Assembly (NCBI GenBank): GCA_963752515.1
Contig: CAVVYO010000002.1
Coordinates: 21,362-85,361 of the forward strand
DNA length: 64,000 bases
Reading direction: 5' to 3'
Source: Candidatus Glassbacteria bacterium
GTDB lineage: Bacteria > Gemmatimonadota > Glassbacteria > GWA2-58-10
In this document: positions 35,679-43,913 of the stretch, piece by piece
Layout of the letters: the number at the start of each line of letters is the position of its first letter
Position numbering within the stretch: the stretch's first letter is position 1
Notes under the pieces: model-generated
The model's input: the letters and a program-made list of their open reading frames with translations, nothing else
Database searches by the model: none
What the model was told of the DNA's origin: nothing
Program-made: the position numbers and the translations under genes

Positions 35679-36390
35679 CCGGGGGGAGGGCGAAAACCTT
35701 TTGAAAAAGGTTTTTCGCCCTCCCCCCGGGCCCCCCTTCCACTTTCCAAAACTTTTTCGATAGTTTGGCTCAGTAGGTTGGACAGCGAATTTGGGTAAGA
35801 CCGAGGCCAGGGCGGTTTGTTCAGGGACGGAGTGGAGTCTTTCGGGCCGCGGCTGGAGGCCCGGGGTTAGGTGTAGGGGCGTCCGGCCGGACGCCCCTAC
35901 CGGCCAACCCGACCAACAGCGGTCAAGCTCAAGCCGACCAGCCCGGGAAGCAGCGGTGGTGTCTTTGGGATGGGGGTGGCGGCGGTTTTCGGGCCGCGGC
36001 TGGAGGCAAGGGTCAGCGATGGGAGAGCCACGCAATTTCCATCGTGGCCGACATGGAATGACACGGGTCGGCAGGCCATGCGTTGCAGCGCCAGGGATGG
36101 CGCGAAACGCGGCGACCACCGAAGGAGCGCCTGACTTCCTCGGGCACACCGCCGTCTATTCAAGACCTTGATGTTGTTTCAGCTTCGCGGCCTTGGCACC
36201 AAGAGACTTTTGCTTCTTTTGGTCACAAAAGAAGAAACATAATGAAAATCAAAGAGATAGCTGCATAGACAGGGATTTTCAGACAGCAGGTCGCGATAAA
36301 AGTGGTCCATGCGCTTTTGGTCACGACAGAACAAAAAAATAGAGAAGCTACGAGAACGGCAGGAGGCAGGGGAATCACCGGCAGGAGTGC
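35679..36390 (+). repeat. intergenic repeat family, longest type-2 copy
   Basis: H 35679-35729 and K 35730-35772. Perfect palindrome GTAGGGGCGTCCGGCCGGACGCCCCTAC. TTCGGGCCGCGGCTGGAGGC occurs twice (about 35841 and 35989). 3' module with GTCA-loop hairpin 36213-36234, then a second degenerate 3' module to about 36390. Confidence 0.85.
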
Positions 36391-36441
36391 TTGACCTTTG
36401 CATCTGCTGTTAAATCGGTACCAGCGGGCTCTGGAAAAACC

Positions 36442-38349
36442 ATGGAAGAGATGCTTAAAAACGAAGACATCATCTGCTTCTCCTCGATCGACTGGGACTT
36501 CATCTGGCAGGGGCACCAGGAGATCATGGCCGCCCTGGCCCGAGCCGGCAACCGGGTGCTGTTTGTCGAGAACACCGGGGTGCGTGGCCCCCGTCCGGGC
36601 GACTATGACCGGATCATCAGCCGGCTGCGCAACTGGTGGAAGGGCTACAAGGGCATCCGTCGGGTGGAGCGCAACCTGTATGTCTACAGCCCGATGGCGC
36701 TGCCTTTCCCCTACAACCGGGCGGCGCGCTGGGTCAACCGACGGCTGATCGGGCGGGTGCTGGGCTCGTGGTGCCGCTCCCAGCAGTGCTCGGCGCCGAT
36801 CCTCTGGAGCTTCCTGCCCACCCGGCTGACCCTGGAGCTCTGCCGCAGCCTGCCGCGCGGGCTGCTGGTCTACTACTGCATCGACAGTTTCGCCGACAGC
36901 TCGCCGGCCGCGGCGCGGATTGTCGAGAGCGAGCGGGAGCTGATCGCCGAGGCCGACCTGGTGTTCGTCACCAGCGAGCAGCTCCGCGAGCACTGCGCCC
37001 CGCATGCCCGGGGCCCGGTGCACAAGTTCCCGTTCACGGTGCATTTCGAGCGTTTCGAGCCGGTGCTGAAGATGGAGCATCCGCCCTGCCCGCCGGAGCT
37101 GGAGGCGATCCCCGAGCCGCGGGTGGGCTACATCGGCGGGCTGCACCGTTGGCTGGACCAGGAGCTGGTGGCGGAGCTGGCCGCGGCGATGCCCGAGGCG
37201 AGCTTCGTGTTCGTCGGCCCGGAGCAGGAGCCGATGCAGCGGCTGAAAAGCCTGCCCAATGTCCACCTGCTGGGCGGTCGGCCCCACGACCAACTGCCGT
37301 TCTACCTGCGGCAGTTCCAGGCCGGGATCATCCCCTACCGGCGGACCGGGTACACCGACAATGTCTACCCGACCAAGCTCAACGAGTACCTGGCGCTGGG
37401 CCTGCCGGTGGCCGCCACCCCGATCCGCGAGCTGGAGCTGTTCGCCCGGGAGCACCCGGGGCTGGTGGATCTGTGTGCGGATGCGCAGTCGATGGCGGCC
37501 GCCCTGCGGCTGCGGCTGGCCCCGACCGGTCGGGGCAGCGCGGAGGGCGCGCGCCTGGTGCGGGAGCGGATCGAGCTGGCGCGGGAGAACTCCTGGACCC
37601 GGCGCCTCGAGCGGATGTGCGCTCTGATCCGCGAGGAGATCGACCGCGGACTGGCCCGCAGCGAGCCGCGTTGGCGCGCCCGCCTGGCGGGGACATTCTC
37701 GAGCTACCGCCGCCGGAGCATCGGGCTGGCCGCGGCGGGGCTGCTGGCCTGGGCCGCGTTGTTCTGGAGCCCGCTGGTCTACTGGGTGGGCGCTCCCCTG
37801 CGGGTGGAGGAGCCGCCATCGCCAAGCGCGGTGATCCTGGTGTTCGGCGGAGGGGTGGGCGAGGGCGGCCGGCCCGGCCGCTCGACCATGGAGCGGGCCG
37901 CGCTGGCGGCGGAGCTCTATCACCGGGGGCTGGCCCCCAAGATCGTCTTCTCCAGCGGCTACCAGCAGTTCCGCGACCGCGACGCCGAGGACATGCAACG
38001 GGTGGCCCAGTCCCGGGGAGTGCCCGCGGCGGACATCCTGCTGGAGGACCGGGCCGCCAGCAATTACGAGAACGTGGTGCGCTGCCTGGAACTGATGAAG
38101 CAGCACCACTGGCGCTCGGCGATCGTGATCTCCGGCCGCTACAACATGCGGCGCACCGGGTTGCTGCTGCGCCGCCAGCTCCGGGAGCTGGAACTGGAGG
38201 GGAGCATCGGCCCGGATTCGCTGCATCTGGTGCCGGTGCGCGAAAATATCTTCTTCCATCCCCGGGAGGGGGACCGGCTGGCCCAGTGGCGGGCGATCCT
38301 CCACGAGTATCTGGCGATCGCCGACTACTATCGCCGCGGCCTGCTCTAG
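36442..38349 (+). CDS. fusion protein: glycosyltransferase-like N-terminal domain + YdcF/ElyC (DUF218) C-terminal domain
   Basis: MEEMLKNEDIICFSSIDWDFIWQGHQEIM..., GYIGGLHRWLD, YPTKLNEYLALGLPVAATP are GT1-like. A TM segment follows, then VILVFGGGVGEGG...STMERAALAAELYHRGLAPKIVFSGY...ASNYENV...AIVISGRYNMRR, a DUF218 pattern. Confidence 0.7.
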   Translation: MEEMLKNEDIICFSSIDWDFIWQGHQEIMAALARAGNRVLFVENTGVRGPRPGDYDRIISRLRNWWKGYKGIRRVERNLYVYSPMALPFPYNRAARWVNRRLIGRVLGSWCRSQQCSAPILWSFLPTRLTLELCRSLPRGLLVYYCIDSFADSSPAAARIVESERELIAEADLVFVTSEQLREHCAPHARGPVHKFPFTVHFERFEPVLKMEHPPCPPELEAIPEPRVGYIGGLHRWLDQELVAELAAAMPEASFVFVGPEQEPMQRLKSLPNVHLLGGRPHDQLPFYLRQFQAGIIPYRRTGYTDNVYPTKLNEYLALGLPVAATPIRELELFAREHPGLVDLCADAQSMAAALRLRLAPTGRGSAEGARLVRERIELARENSWTRRLERMCALIREEIDRGLARSEPRWRARLAGTFSSYRRRSIGLAAAGLLAWAALFWSPLVYWVGAPLRVEEPPSPSAVILVFGGGVGEGGRPGRSTMERAALAAELYHRGLAPKIVFSSGYQQFRDRDAEDMQRVAQSRGVPAADILLEDRAASNYENVVRCLELMKQHHWRSAIVISGRYNMRRTGLLLRRQLRELELEGSIGPDSLHLVPVRENIFFHPREGDRLAQWRAILHEYLAIADYYRRGLL

Positions 38350-38483
38350 AAAAAGCTGGACAACGCGCCCATCAGCGGCCAAACTACCAGTTCCGCGAGC
38401 CGCCCGTCGTTTCGGGCGGAAAGGCCGGGAACAGCCGGCGGCCGTTGGAACCGGATCGAACCATCAACAGGGGTCCAAGCTCA

Positions 38484-39434
38484 ATGAACTGTCTGATCAC
38501 CGGAGGGGCCGGCTTCATCGGCAGCAACCTGGCGGAATACCTGCTGGCCAGGGGCTGGACGGTGCGGATCCTCGACAACCTGAGCACCGGCCGCCGGGTC
38601 AACCTGGCCGCTTTCGAGCGCCGGGTGGAATTCATCGAGGGGGACATCCGCGACCGGGAGCTGGTGGGCCGGGCGGCCGCGGGCTGCCGGGTGATCTTCC
38701 ACCAGGCGGCCCTGCCCAGCGTGCCGCGCTCGGTCAAGGACCCGGCGCTGACCAACGAGGTCAATGTCACCGGGACCCTCAACGTGCTGCTGGCGGCGCG
38801 GGAGGCCGGAGCCGAGCGGGTGGTGCTGGCCTCCTCCAGCTCGATCTACGGCGACAACCCGGAGATGCCGCGCCGGGAGGAGCTCACTCCCCGGCCGCTG
38901 TCGCCCTACGCGGTGTCGAAGCTGGCCTGCGAGCACTACGCCCGGGCGTTCGCGGTGGTCTACGGGCTGCAGACTGTGGCCTTGCGCTACTTCAATGTCT
39001 TCGGCCCGCGCCAGGACCCGGACTCGCCCTACTCGGCGGTGATCCCCCGTTTCATCCGCGCCCTGCAGCAGGGCCAACGGCCGCAGGTTTACGGCGATGG
39101 CCGCCAGTCGCGCGATTTCACCTATATCGAGCAGGTCTGCCGGGTCAACGAGCTGGCCGCGACAGTCGCCGGACCGTTCCACGGCGAGGCGTTCAATGTC
39201 GGCTGCGGGCGCAGGTTCTCGCTGCTGGAGCTGCTCGGGGAGCTGGGCCGGATCATCGGCCGGGTCCCCGAGCCGGAGTTCCTGCCGGAGCGCGCCGGCG
39301 ATGCCCGCCACTCCCAGGCGGCGATCGACAAGCTGCGGCAGGTGCTGGACTTCGAGCCCCGGGCCGATTTCCCGGCCGAGCTGGCCCGGACGGTCGAGTG
39401 GTTCGGGCGCGAGGGAGCGGCGGCGAATGCATGA
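38484..39434 (+). CDS. NAD-dependent sugar-nucleotide epimerase (WbpP/TviC/UDP-glucose 4-epimerase-like SDR)
   Basis: MNCLITGGAGFIGSNL, SSSSIYG, SPYAVSKLACE (YxxxK), LRYFNVFGPRQDP. This is the real gene at the 3' end of artefactual track ORF 36636..39434. Confidence 0.9.
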   Translation: MNCLITGGAGFIGSNLAEYLLARGWTVRILDNLSTGRRVNLAAFERRVEFIEGDIRDRELVGRAAAGCRVIFHQAALPSVPRSVKDPALTNEVNVTGTLNVLLAAREAGAERVVLASSSSIYGDNPEMPRREELTPRPLSPYAVSKLACEHYARAFAVVYGLQTVALRYFNVFGPRQDPDSPYSAVIPRFIRALQQGQRPQVYGDGRQSRDFTYIEQVCRVNELAATVAGPFHGEAFNVGCGRRFSLLELLGELGRIIGRVPEPEFLPERAGDARHSQAAIDKLRQVLDFEPRADFPAELARTVEWFGREGAAANA

Positions 39435-40173
39435 CAATGCGGCGATCAACGAGAAGATTTTCGAGATCGAGGACCGCTACTGGTGGTACCGGGCCCGTCG
39501 GGAGATTATCGTCAAGCTGGCCGGGGCGCACTGTCGACCAGGAACCAGGGTGCTGAACCTCGGCTGCGGCACCGGTGCGGACTCCGCCCGGCTGGAGGGC
39601 CAGGCGGACTTCTTCAACCTCGACTACTCGCGGATCGCCCTGGGCTTTTGCCGTCGCAAGTCACGAGGCCATTCACTCTGTGCGGGCGCCGAGCATTTGC
39701 CATTGCGGGAGAGCGCTTTCCGGCTGGTGCTATGCCTGGATGTACTCGAGCACCTGGCGGACGACTGTCAGGCCTTGCGGGAGATTCACCGGGTGCTGGA
39801 GCAGGACCAGGGTCGCCTGTTGTTGACTGTGCCGGCTTTCGAGAGCCTCCGGGACTGGCGGGACGAGGTCGCGGGGCACCTGCGGCGCTATCGGCGCGCG
39901 ACGCTGCTGGCGCTGCTCGAGGAATGCGGGTTCGAGCCATTGTTCTGCTCCTATTTCAGCAGTTTGTTGCTGCCGGCCTTCTTGCTGGAGCGGCTATTAC
40001 TATCGGCTCGTCCGCCTGAGCGACGAGAGCATTTCCCGTCGGGGCGCGGTGTGTCCAACTTCATCTTGGAAAAGGTCTTTTTGCTTGAGAAGCATTTCCT
40101 GCCACGGCCGGGCTTCCCTGTAGGGAAATCGCTGATCTGTCTGAGTCGTCCCCGGCGGGACCGGGAGAGTTAG
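39427..40173 (+). CDS. class I SAM-dependent methyltransferase
   Basis: VLNLGCGTGAD (motif I), LCLDVLEHLADD, LLLTVPAF. ATG 39427 overlaps the upstream stop by 8 nt. Confidence 0.85.
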   Translation: MHDNAAINEKIFEIEDRYWWYRARREIIVKLAGAHCRPGTRVLNLGCGTGADSARLEGQADFFNLDYSRIALGFCRRKSRGHSLCAGAEHLPLRESAFRLVLCLDVLEHLADDCQALREIHRVLEQDQGRLLLTVPAFESLRDWRDEVAGHLRRYRRATLLALLEECGFEPLFCSYFSSLLLPAFLLERLLLSARPPERREHFPSGRGVSNFILEKVFLLEKHFLPRPGFPVGKSLICLSRPRRDRES

Positions 40174-40196
40174 CATCAAACCGCGGAGCGAGCCAG

Positions 40197-41384
40197 TTGG
40201 AGCAGCAGCGCAAGTACAAGATCCTGAGGATCATCGCCCGGCTCAACATCGGCGGACCGGCCCTGCACGTGATCATCCTCAACAGCGAGCTGGACCCGGA
40301 GCGCTATGTCTCGACCCTGGTCACCGGGCGGGTCTCGGCGACCGAGGGGACGATGGAAGAGGTGGCGCAGAGCCGGGGAGTGCGGCCGATCATGATCGAT
40401 GCCCTGGGGCGGGAGATTTTCCTGCGCGAGGACCTGCGGGCGCTGATCAAGCTGATCCGGCTGATGGACTGCGAGAAGCCGGACATTGTCCACACCCACA
40501 CCGCCAAGGCGGGTTTCCTGGGGCGGGTGGCCGCCAAGCTGACCGGGGTGCCGGTGGTGATCCACACCTTCCACGGGCACGTCTTCCACAGCTACTTCGG
40601 TTATCTCAAGACGAAATTCTTCTTGTGGTTAGAGCGTCTGCTGGCTAAATTTACCGATATTATCGTCACTGTCGGCGACCAGCAACGACGGGAGATCATC
40701 GAGTACGGGGTGGCTGAGCCGGAGAAGGTCGTGGCGGTCCCGTTGGGCCTGGACCTGGGGCCGTTTGTCGAGTCCGCTCCGGACCGCAATCAGTTGCGGC
40801 GGGAGCTGTCCCTGGAAGATGATGTGCTGCTGGTGGGGATTGTCGCCCGGCTGGTGCCGATCAAGAACCACACCTGTTTCCTGCAGGCGGCCCGCCTGGT
40901 GAGTGAGCGGTTCGCGCCGGTGAAATTCCTGGTCATCGGCGATGGCGAGCTGCGTGAGGAACTGGAGCGCAAGGCCCGGGAGCTGGGGCTGGATTCCCGG
41001 GTCATCTTTATGGGCTTCCAGCACAACCTGGTCAAGATTTACTCCGGTCTGGACATTGTCACCCTGAGCTCGTTCAACGAGGGCCTGCCGGTGGCCCTGA
41101 TCGAGGCGATGGCCGCGGGCCGGCCGGTGATCTCCACCGATGTCGGCGGGGTGCGGGACCTGATCCTGGACGGGCACAACGGCCTGCTGGTGCCCTCCAA
41201 CGATCCGCCGGGCCTGGCCGAGGCGATCCTCTACCTGCTGCGCCGGCCGGAACGCCGGGAGATGATGGGCCAGGCCGGGCGGGCGATGGCTTACCCCCAT
41301 TTCGACAAGAAACGGCTGGTCAGCGACATCGACAATCTCTACCAGCGGCTGCTCGCCGGCGAGCGGCGCCTCAGCCGGGCCTGA
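40197..41384 (+). CDS. GT4-family glycosyltransferase
   Basis: KILRIIARLNIGGPALHV, VHTHTAKAG, SSFNEGLPVALIEAMAAGRPVISTDVGGVRDLI. TTG start. Confidence 0.85.
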   Translation: MEQQRKYKILRIIARLNIGGPALHVIILNSELDPERYVSTLVTGRVSATEGTMEEVAQSRGVRPIMIDALGREIFLREDLRALIKLIRLMDCEKPDIVHTHTAKAGFLGRVAAKLTGVPVVIHTFHGHVFHSYFGYLKTKFFLWLERLLAKFTDIIVTVGDQQRREIIEYGVAEPEKVVAVPLGLDLGPFVESAPDRNQLRRELSLEDDVLLVGIVARLVPIKNHTCFLQAARLVSERFAPVKFLVIGDGELREELERKARELGLDSRVIFMGFQHNLVKIYSGLDIVTLSSFNEGLPVALIEAMAAGRPVISTDVGGVRDLILDGHNGLLVPSNDPPGLAEAILYLLRRPERREMMGQAGRAMAYPHFDKKRLVSDIDNLYQRLLAGERRLSRA

Positions 41385-41541
41385 CCGCGGCCGGGCAGAA
41401 CTCCAGGCCGCATCGCCGAAAGCCGCGCCCGACGGCAGGATCCCGGTCAGACCGCCCCCCAGCTCGCCGAGCAAGCTACCCCGTTCACGGCGCGTTCATT
41501 TTTTCTGGTCACTGCCTTTCCCTCGGAGCACAGGAGTCCTG

Positions 41542-42537
41542 ATGCGAGCGCTCATCACCGGCGGCGCCGGATTCATCGGTTCTCACCTGAGCGAGAAGCT
41601 GCTGTCGCTCGGCTACCATGTCACCGTGATCGACGATCTCTCCACCGGCCGGATGGAGAATGTCCAGCACCTGACCGACCACCCGAAGTTCTCCTTCGCC
41701 ATCGAGAACATCCTCAACGAGACGGTGATGGACCGGCTGGTCTACGAGTGCGACATCATCTTCCACCTGGCGGCCGCGGTCGGGGTGGAGCTGATCGTCA
41801 GCCGCCCGGTGGAGGTGATCCAGACCAACATCCTCGGCACGGAGATGGTGCTGAAGATCGCCGGCCGCTACCGCAAGAAAGTGCTGATCACCTCCACCAG
41901 CGAGATCTACGGCAAGAGCGAGCGGGTGCCGTTCTCCGAGGAGGATGACAGCATCATGGGCCCGACCACCAAGAACCGCTGGTCGTACGCCTGCTCGAAG
42001 GCGGTCGATGAGTTCCTGGCGCTGGCCTACCACCAGGAAAAGAAACTGCCGGTGGTGATCGCCCGGCTGTTCAACACGGTCGGCCCGCGCCAGACCGGGC
42101 GCTACGGGATGGTGGTCCCGCGCTTTGTCGCCCGGGCCCTGCTGGGCCTGCCGATCCAGGTCTACGGCGATGGCCGCCAGAGCCGCTGCTTCACCTGTGT
42201 CGATGACACGGTCGAGTTCCTGACCCGACTGTCCGTCAGCCCGCAGGCCGAGGGGCAGATCTTCAATGTCGGCAACAACCAGGAAATCAATATCATCGAC
42301 CTGGCCCGCAAGGTGCAGGAGCTGACCGGCAGCGCCAGCGGGATCGAGCTGATCCCTTACGACCAGGCCTACCAGGCCGGTTTCGAGGACATGCGCCGCC
42401 GGGTCCCGGATATCCGCAAGGTGACAGCCCACACCGGCTACTCGCCGCGTTACGGGCTGGATGCGATCCTGGCCAGCGTGATCGAGTACGTCCGGCAGGC
42501 CGGCCCGGAAACCCTGCTCAATTCCCGGCCCTGCTGA
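41542..42537 (+). CDS. SDR-family NAD-dependent epimerase/dehydratase (UDP-glucuronate decarboxylase/ArnA-C-like)
   Basis: MRALITGGAGFIGSHL, TSTSEIYG, YACSKAVDE (YxxxK), ARLFNTVGPRQ. Confidence 0.85.
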   Translation: MRALITGGAGFIGSHLSEKLLSLGYHVTVIDDLSTGRMENVQHLTDHPKFSFAIENILNETVMDRLVYECDIIFHLAAAVGVELIVSRPVEVIQTNILGTEMVLKIAGRYRKKVLITSTSEIYGKSERVPFSEEDDSIMGPTTKNRWSYACSKAVDEFLALAYHQEKKLPVVIARLFNTVGPRQTGRYGMVVPRFVARALLGLPIQVYGDGRQSRCFTCVDDTVEFLTRLSVSPQAEGQIFNVGNNQEINIIDLARKVQELTGSASGIELIPYDQAYQAGFEDMRRRVPDIRKVTAHTGYSPRYGLDAILASVIEYVRQAGPETLLNSRPC

Positions 42538-42566
42538 GCGCACTGTCCCCGGCGAGGAGCGAGCGG

Positions 42567-43913
42567 ATGGACATCGGCCTCAACCGCGAAATCCTGAGCA
42601 TCACGCTGCTCGTCCTGGTGGGCACGAGCCTGCTGTCCTACGTGCTGGTGCTGTTCTTCAAGCATCTGGCCTTGCGCGGCGGAGTGGTGGACCGGCCGCG
42701 CGGGGACCGTTTCCATGACCAGCCGGTGCCGCTGCTGGCCGGCAATGCGATCTACCTGGCGTTTCTGGCCGGGCTGGCGCTGCGGGGGCTGCTCTCGCCC
42801 TGGGTGGCGCTGGTGCTGGGACTGGGCCTGGCGCTGATGCTCTACGGTCTGCTGCGGGACCGCCGGCGGCTGCCCTGGTACTTCGCCGCGGCGGTGCTGT
42901 GGTGCTCGGTGCTGGTGCTGGCGCTCGGCAATGGGGACCGGCCGCAACTGCTGGGACTGCTGCTGGGCGGAACGATCCTGGTCTTCGTGGGCAATGTCGA
43001 CGATACGACCACGGGCGGGATCATCCCGCACGTCAAGCTGATCGGCCAGGCGATCGCCGGGTTCTTCCTGATCTATTTCGGGTTCCAGGTCAGCTTCTTT
43101 CTGGACCTGGGGGTGGAGTGGGGCTGGCCGCAACTGAAATACCTCGCCTTCCCCTTCACCCTGCTCTGGATCATCGGCCTGACCAACGCGTTCAACCTGA
43201 TCGACAACATGAACGGCCTCTCCGGCGGGGTGGCGGTGATCAGCAGCCTGTTTTTCGGCCTGATCATGTTCGCCAACGGCAACCGTGAGTTGGGAGAGGT
43301 GCTGTTCGTGCTGATGGGCGCCGGGCTCGGCTACCTGCCGCACAACTTCCCGCGGGCCCGGGTGTTCATGGGCGACACCGGCAGCATGTTCCTGGGTTTC
43401 GTGCTGGCCGGGCTGTCGATTGTCGGCAGTTGGAGCACGGCCACCGGCTGGGCGGCCGACCGCTTCAAGATCTCGCTGGCGATCCCGGCGCTGGTGCTGG
43501 CCTATCCGATTTTCGACACCGCGCTGGTGGTGGTGACCCGGATCCTGCGGCGAAGGCCGATCTCGCTGGGGGGCAAGGACCACTCCAGCCACCGGCTGGT
43601 GCGGCTGGGGCTGGGCCCGGTCGACTCGGTGCTGCTGATCTACAGCTTCGCCTGCTTTGCCGGTTTCAGCGCGCTGTTCCTGACGATGATCCGCTACGAG
43701 CAGGCGCTGCTGATGCTGGCGTTCGTGGTGGCCTTCATTTTCCTGGTCGGGCTGCGGCTCGGCCGGGTGCAGATCCAGGAAAGCGGTAACCCGGCCCCGC
43801 GGCCGGACGTTGGCAAGGTCGAGCCTGTCGCTGTCGAAACTACCGGCGGCGAGCTGGACCCTCAGTTACAGTTTAACTCTCAAGTCCAAGAGACAAGGCA
43901 AAATGCACAATGA
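42567..43913 (+). CDS. MraY/WecA-family polyprenyl-phosphate N-acetylhexosamine-1-phosphate transferase
   Basis: Polytopic membrane protein with NAFNLIDNMNGLSGG and MGDTGSMFLGF motifs. Confidence 0.85.
   Translation: MDIGLNREILSITLLVLVGTSLLSYVLVLFFKHLALRGGVVDRPRGDRFHDQPVPLLAGNAIYLAFLAGLALRGLLSPWVALVLGLGLALMLYGLLRDRRRLPWYFAAAVLWCSVLVLALGNGDRPQLLGLLLGGTILVFVGNVDDTTTGGIIPHVKLIGQAIAGFFLIYFGFQVSFFLDLGVEWGWPQLKYLAFPFTLLWIIGLTNAFNLIDNMNGLSGGVAVISSLFFGLIMFANGNRELGEVLFVLMGAGLGYLPHNFPRARVFMGDTGSMFLGFVLAGLSIVGSWSTATGWAADRFKISLAIPALVLAYPIFDTALVVVTRILRRRPISLGGKDHSSHRLVRLGLGPVDSVLLIYSFACFAGFSALFLTMIRYEQALLMLAFVVAFIFLVGLRLGRVQIQESGNPAPRPDVGKVEPVAVETTGGELDPQLQFNSQVQETRQNAQ

Noticed and set aside
19232-36390. 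Diversity-generating retroelement, retron or group II intron as the explanation for the repeats with variable segments.
   Set aside because: There is no reverse transcriptase ORF in the window. Differences between copies are not adenine-specific. No intron domain V/VI or msr/msd-like signatures were recognised.
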